In this document: positions 33,962 to 39,920 of the stretch, piece by piece
Layout: the number at the start of each line of letters is the position of its first letter
Numbering within the stretch: the first letter of the stretch is position 1
Origin: an uncultured Actinomyces sp.
Lineage (GTDB): Bacteria; Actinomycetota; Actinomycetes; S36-B12
Assembly: GCA_964476205.1 (NCBI GenBank)
Contig: CAYYZU010000001.1
Span: 1 to 39,920 of the forward strand
Length of the DNA: 39,920 nucleotides
Direction: 5' to 3'
Translations under genes and position numbers: made by a program
The notes under the pieces: model-generated
The model's input: only the letters and a program-made list of their open reading frames with translations
Database searches by the model: none
Told to the model about the DNA's origin: nothing

Positions 33962-36673
33962 GTGTCCCGACCGAGGTCCGAGCCGGCCCCGGCCGAGCGT
34001 CACGCGGCAGCGCGCGAACGCTCCCTGCTGGGGGATTTCCCGGACCTGTACCCCTTCGGGCTCGATGACTTCCAGCGTCAGGGGTGCCTGGCACTGGCGC
34101 GTGGTCACAGCGTCCTCGTCGCAGCCCCCACCGGTGCCGGCAAGACGGTCGTGGGGGAGTTCGCGGTCCACGAGGCACTGCGGACCGGCCGGAAGTGCTT
34201 CTACACCACGCCCATCAAGGCCCTGTCGAACCAGAAGTTCCACGACCTCGCGGCGCGTTACGGCCAAGACCGCGTCGGCCTCCTCACCGGCGACAACTCG
34301 ATCAACGGCGAGGCCCCCGTCGTCATCATGACCACCGAGGTGCTCCGCAACATGCTCTACGCGGACTCCACGACTCTCGACCAGCTCGGCTTCGTGGTCA
34401 TGGACGAGGTGCACTATCTTGCGGACCGCTTCCGAGGACCGGTATGGGAAGAGGTGATCATCCACCTACCCGAAGGGGTTCTGCTCGCCGCTCTTTCTGC
34501 AACCGTGAGCAACGCGGAGGAATTCGGTGAGTGGCTGGGCACGGTTCGGGGCACGACTGACGTGATTGTCGACGAGCACCGGCCCGTCCCCCTGTGGCAG
34601 CAGGTCATGGTGGGGGAGCGGTTGCTCGATCTCTTTGTCGATGAAGCTCACCATCGTGTAAACCCCGAGTTGTTGCGCATCGCGAAGGAGTCGGCGCGGT
34701 GGCCGGAGCAGCGTCGTCGCGGGCGCCGCCCATCGAGAGACAGGCTCACCCCATGGCGTACGGATGTCGTCACCGAACTGCACGACGATCACCTTCTGCC
34801 AGGCATCACCTTCATCTTCAGCCGCGCGGGATGCGACGCGGCGGTCCAGCAGTGCCTGTCGGCGGGACTCATGCTCACCTCGCCCGAGGAACGCCGTGAG
34901 ATCGAGGCCACCGTCGAGTCGCGTACCGCTGACCTGCCCCATGAGGATCTCGGCGTCCTGGGGTTCGACACCTGGCGTGAGGGATTGCGCCGGGGCGTTG
35001 CCGCGCATCACGCCGGCCTCCTTCCGCTGTTCAAGGAGGTCGTCGAGGACCTCTTCCAGCGAGGCCTGGTCAAGATGGTGTTCGCCACCGAGACCCTTGC
35101 GTTGGGCATCAATATGCCTGCGCGCACCGTGGTCCTCGAGCGTCTCGTCAAATGGAATGGCGAAAACCACGTCGACATCACGCCGGGGGAGTACACGCAG
35201 CTCACCGGCCGTGCCGGCCGACGCGGCATCGATGTCGAGGGTCACGCGGTCGTCGTCTGGCATCCGGGCCTGGACCCACAGGCACTTGCTGGTCTTGCGT
35301 CCACACGCACCTACCCGCTCCGCTCGAGCTTCCGTCCGTCGTACAACATGGCCGTAAGCCTCATCAAGCGCATGGGCCGGACTCTCGCCCGCGACATCCT
35401 GGAGACGTCATTTGCACAGTTCCAGGCCGACAGGGGCGTCGTGGCACTTGCGGCGCAGGTGAGGCGCAATGACGAAGCCCTCGAGGGCTACCGCGAGGCA
35501 CTGCAGTGTCACCTGGGCGACTTCGAGGAATACGCCGCCCTTCGACGGGAACTGAGCGACATTGAGCGCGGGACGGCCAAGGCGCGGGGGGCTCGAGACC
35601 GTGCGGCCGTCGAGGATTCCCTTCGCTCCCTGCGCCTGGGAGACGTCATTGCTCTTCCGGCGGGCCGGCGTGTCTCACCAGCGATCGTCGTGGCGGTCGA
35701 TGATGCCGGGCTGGGTGCCCCGCCGCGCGTCACCCTTGTGACCCTGGACCGCCAGGTTCGTCGACTGGGCTCAGGAGAGGTGCACGCCGTGCTGCCCGTG
35801 GTCGGTCGGCTTCGCGTGCCCAAGGGCTTCTCGCCGCGATCGGCCTCGGAGCGCAAGGCCTTGGCCGAGCGACTGCGGGGATTCGTCGATGAGGCCGCAG
35901 CCGCACGACCGGCGCGGCGTGCACGCGCAGACGACACGGACGAGGCAAGTGACATCCGCAGGCAACTGCGACAGCATCCCTGCCACGGATGTGCGGAGCG
36001 AGAGGCACATGCGCGCTGGGCCGAGCGTTATTTCCGGCTCGCGCGGGAGACCGAGTCGTTGCAGCGGCGCGTGGACTCGCGCACGACAAGCGTGGCACGC
36101 CAGTTCGACCGCATCTGCGATTTGCTGCTGGATACCGGCTACCTCGATGGCGAACCGGCAGCACCGCAAGTCACCCCACGCGGAGACCTGCTTGCCGGCA
36201 TCTACTCGGACGCCGATCTCCTCGTGGCCCAGGCGATCACCGAGGGGATGTGGGATGGCCTTGGCCCACCCGAGCTGGCAGCGATGGCCGGTGCCGTGGT
36301 CTATGAAGGCCGACAGCGCGAGGACAGCCCTCGCCTCCCCGGAGGGCGCGTGCGCGAGGCTGCGCTCGCCTTCGCCGACCTCGCACGGGAACTGGCCGAG
36401 GTCGAGTCCCGATTCGGTGTGCCCACGACCAGAGATCTTGACCTGGGATTCGTCTGGCCCGTCCACGCGTGGGCACAGGGCGGCCGGCTCGCCACCATCC
36501 TCGCGGACTCCGAGATGGCAGCGGGCGACTTCGTCCGCTGGTGTCGTCAGGCCATCGACCTACTCGATCAGATCCGTGAAGCGGTGCCCCGTGAGCATCC
36601 GCTTCACGCAAATGCCAGACGTGCGCGCGACCTGATCGATCGGGGGATCGTGTCCTACTCGGCCACAGCCTGA
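33962..36673 (+). CDS. helY: Ski2-like DEAD/DEAH-box RNA helicase HelY
   Basis: LDDFQRQGC...APTGAGKT (Walker A) and VMDEVHYL (DEVH box) are present. SAT and a C-terminal DSHCT-like region follow. The length is 903 aa. Confidence 0.9.
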   Translation: MSRPRSEPAPAERHAAARERSLLGDFPDLYPFGLDDFQRQGCLALARGHSVLVAAPTGAGKTVVGEFAVHEALRTGRKCFYTTPIKALSNQKFHDLAARYGQDRVGLLTGDNSINGEAPVVIMTTEVLRNMLYADSTTLDQLGFVVMDEVHYLADRFRGPVWEEVIIHLPEGVLLAALSATVSNAEEFGEWLGTVRGTTDVIVDEHRPVPLWQQVMVGERLLDLFVDEAHHRVNPELLRIAKESARWPEQRRRGRRPSRDRLTPWRTDVVTELHDDHLLPGITFIFSRAGCDAAVQQCLSAGLMLTSPEERREIEATVESRTADLPHEDLGVLGFDTWREGLRRGVAAHHAGLLPLFKEVVEDLFQRGLVKMVFATETLALGINMPARTVVLERLVKWNGENHVDITPGEYTQLTGRAGRRGIDVEGHAVVVWHPGLDPQALAGLASTRTYPLRSSFRPSYNMAVSLIKRMGRTLARDILETSFAQFQADRGVVALAAQVRRNDEALEGYREALQCHLGDFEEYAALRRELSDIERGTAKARGARDRAAVEDSLRSLRLGDVIALPAGRRVSPAIVVAVDDAGLGAPPRVTLVTLDRQVRRLGSGEVHAVLPVVGRLRVPKGFSPRSASERKALAERLRGFVDEAAAARPARRARADDTDEASDIRRQLRQHPCHGCAEREAHARWAERYFRLARETESLQRRVDSRTTSVARQFDRICDLLLDTGYLDGEPAAPQVTPRGDLLAGIYSDADLLVAQAITEGMWDGLGPPELAAMAGAVVYEGRQREDSPRLPGGRVREAALAFADLARELAEVESRFGVPTTRDLDLGFVWPVHAWAQGGRLATILADSEMAAGDFVRWCRQAIDLLDQIREAVPREHPLHANARRARDLIDRGIVSYSATA

Positions 36674-37614
36674 AGGGCTGCGACTAACCGGCGCGCGGGT
36701 GCCTGCACGCCCCATGTCTCGGCAAGCGCCATGCCGTCCTCGGGCGAGAGCGGCATCTCCGTCGACAGGACGCTGCGTCCTGGGCTGGGGGAGAGGCGCA
36801 CGACGCGCTCGGCGTCGAGCAGATGCTCGCGGGCATCCAGGAGTCGCTGGCGCACCGACGGCGTCATGGGCCGCCCGCTCGACGGGTCCTGTGCAGCGGC
36901 GAGAATGCCGTGCAGGTCGCCGTACGCCGCGACGAGGACCTGGGCGGTCTTGTCACCGATGCCGCGCGCGCCGGGGAGTCCGTCGGACGGATCACCGCGG
37001 AGGATGGCTAGGTCGGCGTACTGCCTCGGCGAAACTCCGAATCTCTCGGCGGCCGTCGTCGGATCTATCGTCACCCAGGGCTTGCCCCCGCGGCTTGCGG
37101 AGCTGCCGCCGGTGAAGAGGAGCGTCACGCGGTCGTCCACGAGCTGGACGAGGTCGCGGTCCCCGGAGGCGATGTCGACGGGGCCGGGCCACTGGGCGCT
37201 CAGGTCGGCGATCACGTCGTCAGCCTCTGCCTCGGGTGCACCCACGACTGCCACGCCGAGGGCGGGAAGGAGCTCGCGCAGGAGATCGACCTGCGGTGCG
37301 AGGGTGTCGGGCACCTCCTCGACCACTTCCCCTCCGTCGGTCCCGCGTGCCGCGGCGTCATCCGCGACCCTATGGGTCTTGTAGGAGGGGATCAGGTCCA
37401 CGCGCCACTGGGGCCGCCAGTCGTCATCCCAGCACGCGATCACGCGAGCGCTGCCGCGCGCGGAGACCATCGCGGCCACGGTGTCGAGCACGCCGCGCAC
37501 CGCGTTGACGGGCGTGCCGTCCGGGGCGACGAGCGTCTCAGGGAGAGCGAAGTACGAGCGGTAATACAGCGACGCGGTGTCCAGAAGCAGAGCGGTCGAC
37601 GGCAGTTCGGGCAC
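36655..37614 (-). CDS. 5'-3' exonuclease (FEN/Pol I N-terminal-domain-like; Rv2090-like)
   Basis: LLLDTASLYYRSYFALPE, DDDWRPQWRVDLIPSYKTHR, SGDRDLVQLV and LRGDPSDGLPGARGIGDKTA are present. GTG 37614 is preferred from my recollection of the N-terminus of the mycobacterial homologue. The longer starts at 37683 and 37698 would overlap the divergent dipeptidase gene. Confidence 0.75.
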   Translation of the reverse strand: MPELPSTALLLDTASLYYRSYFALPETLVAPDGTPVNAVRGVLDTVAAMVSARGSARVIACWDDDWRPQWRVDLIPSYKTHRVADDAAARGTDGGEVVEEVPDTLAPQVDLLRELLPALGVAVVGAPEAEADDVIADLSAQWPGPVDIASGDRDLVQLVDDRVTLLFTGGSSASRGGKPWVTIDPTTAAERFGVSPRQYADLAILRGDPSDGLPGARGIGDKTAQVLVAAYGDLHGILAAAQDPSSGRPMTPSVRQRLLDAREHLLDAERVVRLSPSPGRSVLSTEMPLSPEDGMALAETWGVQAPARRLVAALQAVAE

Positions 37615-37655
37615 GAGCCATGGTCCCGCGACCCGCGTGCGGAGGCTTCCCGGGG

Positions 37656-37661
37656 TAGCGT
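37656..37661 (+). promoter_or_regulatory. -10-like hexamer TAGCGT, 7 nt upstream of ATG 37669 (candidate leaderless promoter)
   Basis: The sequence reads TAGCGT tcctccc ATG. No SD is present. Confidence 0.4.
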
Positions 37662-37668
37662 TCCTCCC

Positions 37669-38808
37669 ATGGCTTCTCCCCATCCAGGCCCCGGGCATGG
37701 CACACCTGCGACCGAGGTGCGTGAGCGGCTCTCTCGCGCGGCGCGTCTTGCTGCGGATGCCGGCTGGGATGCCCTGCTCATCACCCCGGGCCCGGACCTG
37801 CGCTATCTCGTGGGCTACGACGCGGTCCCGCTAGAGCGCCTCACGTGCCTCGTGGTGCCGGCCTCAGGAGACCCCGTCCTCGTGGCCCCGCTCCTCGAGA
37901 GGCCCGCTGCGGCTGCGAGCCCTGTCGGTGCTGCCGGTATCGACATCCGCACCTGGGGTGAGACGGACGACCCGTATCGCCTCGTCGCCGACCTGCTCCC
38001 TGGCTTGAGTCGCGTGGGCGTCGACGATCACATGTGGGCGGTGAAGGCCCTGAGTCTCCGGGCGGCTATGCCGGATGCCGAGCAGTACGCCGCCGGGGCT
38101 GTGCTGTCGCACATGCGCATGCGCAAGTCACCCGATGAGGTCGCCGCGCTGCTGGGCGCCGGCGGTGCGATCGACGAGGTGCACGCGGCCGTGCCGGCCT
38201 TGCTTCGGCCGGGACGCACGGAGCGCGAGGTCGGTCGAGACATCGCCGCGCTGATTCTCGAAGCGGGCCATGTCACGGCGGACTTCGTGATCGTGGCCTC
38301 AGGGCCCAATGGAGCGAGCCCGCACCACGAGGTCTCCGACCGGGTGATGCAGCCCGGGGACCCGGTCGTGGTCGATATCGGCGGCACGATGCCCGATGGC
38401 TATTGCAGTGACGAGACGCGGACGTACGCGCTGGGGGACCCAGGCGACGACTATCTCCGGTCCTACGCCGTGCTGCAGATGGCGCAGCGGGAGGCGTGGG
38501 AAGCCGTGCGACCGGGCGTGACCTGCGAGAGCATCGACGCCGTCGCGAGGGACCGTCTGGAGTCCGCGGGCTTGGGGGATCTGTTCATTCACCGCACGGG
38601 TCACGGGATCGGACTCGAGACGCACGAGGAGCCCTACATCGTCAGCGGCAACACCCTGCCGCTCGAGGAAGGCATGACCTTCAGTGTCGAGCCTGGCTTC
38701 TACGCCGAGGGGCGTTGGGGCGCGCGCATCGAGGACATCGTCGCGTGCGGGGCGGATGGACCAGTGCTGCTCAACCACCGCCCGCGCGATCTCGTCATCG
38801 TGGACTGA
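37669..38808 (+). CDS. M24 family Xaa-Pro dipeptidase (PepE/PepQ-like)
   Basis: VVDIGG, HRTGHGIGLETHEEPY, VEPGFY and ARIED metal-ligand motifs are present. The track ORF start at 37372 is trimmed to ATG 37669. Confidence 0.85.
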   Translation: MASPHPGPGHGTPATEVRERLSRAARLAADAGWDALLITPGPDLRYLVGYDAVPLERLTCLVVPASGDPVLVAPLLERPAAAASPVGAAGIDIRTWGETDDPYRLVADLLPGLSRVGVDDHMWAVKALSLRAAMPDAEQYAAGAVLSHMRMRKSPDEVAALLGAGGAIDEVHAAVPALLRPGRTEREVGRDIAALILEAGHVTADFVIVASGPNGASPHHEVSDRVMQPGDPVVVDIGGTMPDGYCSDETRTYALGDPGDDYLRSYAVLQMAQREAWEAVRPGVTCESIDAVARDRLESAGLGDLFIHRTGHGIGLETHEEPYIVSGNTLPLEEGMTFSVEPGFYAEGRWGARIEDIVACGADGPVLLNHRPRDLVIVD

Positions 38809-38817
38809 GGAGGAGTC

Positions 38818-39920
38818 GTGGAGGTCACGCGTCTGCTGCCGAGCGAGGAGGCTGTCGAACTCCTCGCCCTCGCCCGTGAGATCGCGGCGGTCGAGCTTGC
38901 TCCCCGGGCCGCTGCAGCGGAGGAGGAAGGGCGATTCCCGCGCGAGGAGTTGACTGTCCTCGGACGCGCGGGGCTGCTCTCCCTGCCCTACTCGGAGGAG
39001 GCCGGGGGAGGGGGCCAGCCCTACGAGGTCTACCTCCAGGTGCTCGAGGAGCTCGCCCGGGCGTGGCTAGCCGTCGGAATCAGCGCCAGTGTCCATGCCC
39101 TCGCCTGTTTCCCACTCGCTACTGCTGGCAGCGAGGAGCAGGTCGCGGAATGGCTGCCGTGGATGCTGTCGGGGGAGACGCTCGGGGCGTACTGCCTCTC
39201 CGAACAGCACTCAGGATCCGACGCTGCCGCGCTGTCCACCCGCGCCGTCCGCGAGGGAGACGCCTATCGCGTGACGGGCAGCAAGGCATGGATCACCCAT
39301 GGGGGCGTGGCCGACTTCTACAGCGTCATGGTGCGCACCTCCGATGACGGTGCGCGCGGGATTAGTTGCCTGCTGGTCCCGGGCGATGCCGCCGGCCTCA
39401 CATCAGCGCCTCCTGAGCGCAAGATGGGGGCCAACTCGTCTCGGACCGCGGGCATCCACCTGGAAGACGTGCAGGTGGATGCCGGTCGCCTCATCGGTCG
39501 AGAGGGCCAGGGATTCCCCATCGCCCTGGCGGCACTGGATGCAGGACGCCTCGGCATCGCCGCGTGCGCGGTCGGCCTCGCCCAGGCTGCGCTTGACGCT
39601 GCGGTGGCCTACGCCGGTCAGCGGGAGCAGTTCGGGCGCCCCATCGGTGAGTTCCAGGGAGTGGCCTTCGGCCTCGCGGACATGGCTGCAGCGGTGGCGG
39701 CGGCTCGTGCGCTCTACCTCGATGCGGCACGCCTGCGCGATGCGGGTCGCCCCTTCGGATCCCAGGCGGCGATGGCGAAGCTCATCGCCACCGACACGGC
39801 CATGCGCGTCACGACGCAGGCGGTGCAGGTACACGGCGGCTACGGCTACACCCGCGACTTCCCGGGCGAGCGGTACTTCCGCGAGGCAAAGGTCCTGCAA
39901 ATCGTCGAGGGCACGAATCA
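38818..39920 (+). CDS. Acyl-CoA dehydrogenase (3' end lies beyond the window end)
   Basis: Absent from the ORF track because it has no stop in the window. Manual translation from GTG 38818 (SD GGAGGAG upstream) gives ...YCLSEQHSGSDAAAL...KAWITHGG...QVHGGYGYTRDFPGERYFREAKVLQIVEGTN. Confidence 0.85.
   Translation, partial: MEVTRLLPSEEAVELLALAREIAAVELAPRAAAAEEEGRFPREELTVLGRAGLLSLPYSEEAGGGGQPYEVYLQVLEELARAWLAVGISASVHALACFPLATAGSEEQVAEWLPWMLSGETLGAYCLSEQHSGSDAAALSTRAVREGDAYRVTGSKAWITHGGVADFYSVMVRTSDDGARGISCLLVPGDAAGLTSAPPERKMGANSSRTAGIHLEDVQVDAGRLIGREGQGFPIALAALDAGRLGIAACAVGLAQAALDAAVAYAGQREQFGRPIGEFQGVAFGLADMAAAVAAARALYLDAARLRDAGRPFGSQAAMAKLIATDTAMRVTTQAVQVHGGYGYTRDFPGERYFREAKVLQIVEGTN

Noticed and set aside
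29954-37614. LexA SOS boxes (TCGAAC-N4-GTTCGA type) or PafBC-type promoter motifs near pafBC, helY or the exonuclease gene.
   Set aside because: Several isolated TCGAAC hexamers occur inside coding regions, but none has the palindromic partner. No convincing PafBC motif was recognised by eye, and a matrix-based scan is needed.
1-39920. CRISPR arrays, insertion sequences, rRNA, and large direct or inverted repeats.
   Set aside because: None were seen. The only repeated nucleotide stretches are short and explained by tandem paralogues (the two FKBP genes, dop/pafA, prcA/prcB, pafB/pafC, the two Gfo/Idh/MocA genes).

Overview
This is a GC-rich actinobacterial core-chromosome window, densely coding, with about 43 CDS and one tRNA. 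I saw no mobile elements, CRISPR arrays or large non-coding gaps. The right half carries a complete, compact Pup-proteasome locus (arc/mpa, dop, pup, prcB, prcA, pafA). It is followed by two FKBP isomerases, pafB, pafC, tatA, tatC, a lipid kinase, helY, a 5'-3' exonuclease, an M24 dipeptidase and an acyl-CoA dehydrogenase. From memory, this order matches the Mycobacterium Rv2089c-Rv2141c region. The left half carries housekeeping and accessory genes: two Gfo/Idh/MocA oxidoreductases, a DsbB-like protein, an SDR, a permease/GluQRS-like/hydrolase operon and tRNA-Leu(GAG). It continues with an M20 peptidase, an aldo/keto reductase, an LLM oxidoreductase, uppP, corA, a phosphatase/DUF3090/SCO1664 trio, mshC, gnd, pgi, a PAC2-like protein, a HAD hydrolase and trmI. 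The best candidates for undescribed biology are as follows. (1) A translationally coupled two-gene module at 3089-3860 (-) pairs a HicA-like small protein with an eRF1/host-attachment-like (baeRF-type) protein. (2) The uncharacterised phosphatase/Zn-ribbon/PI-kinase-like trio sits directly upstream of mshC. (3) An atypical six-TM DsbB-like protein has its second Cys pair in a relocated position and is preceded by a micro-membrane protein. (4) A perfect 8-bp palindrome between gnd and pgi has arms that are both -10-like hexamers. (5) TAGnnT hexamers sit 6-8 nt upstream of many start codons, which suggests pervasive leaderless transcription. All homology calls rest on motifs I recognise by eye; no database search was possible. 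Most of the long ORFs in the track are antisense or shadow ORFs typical of high-GC DNA.
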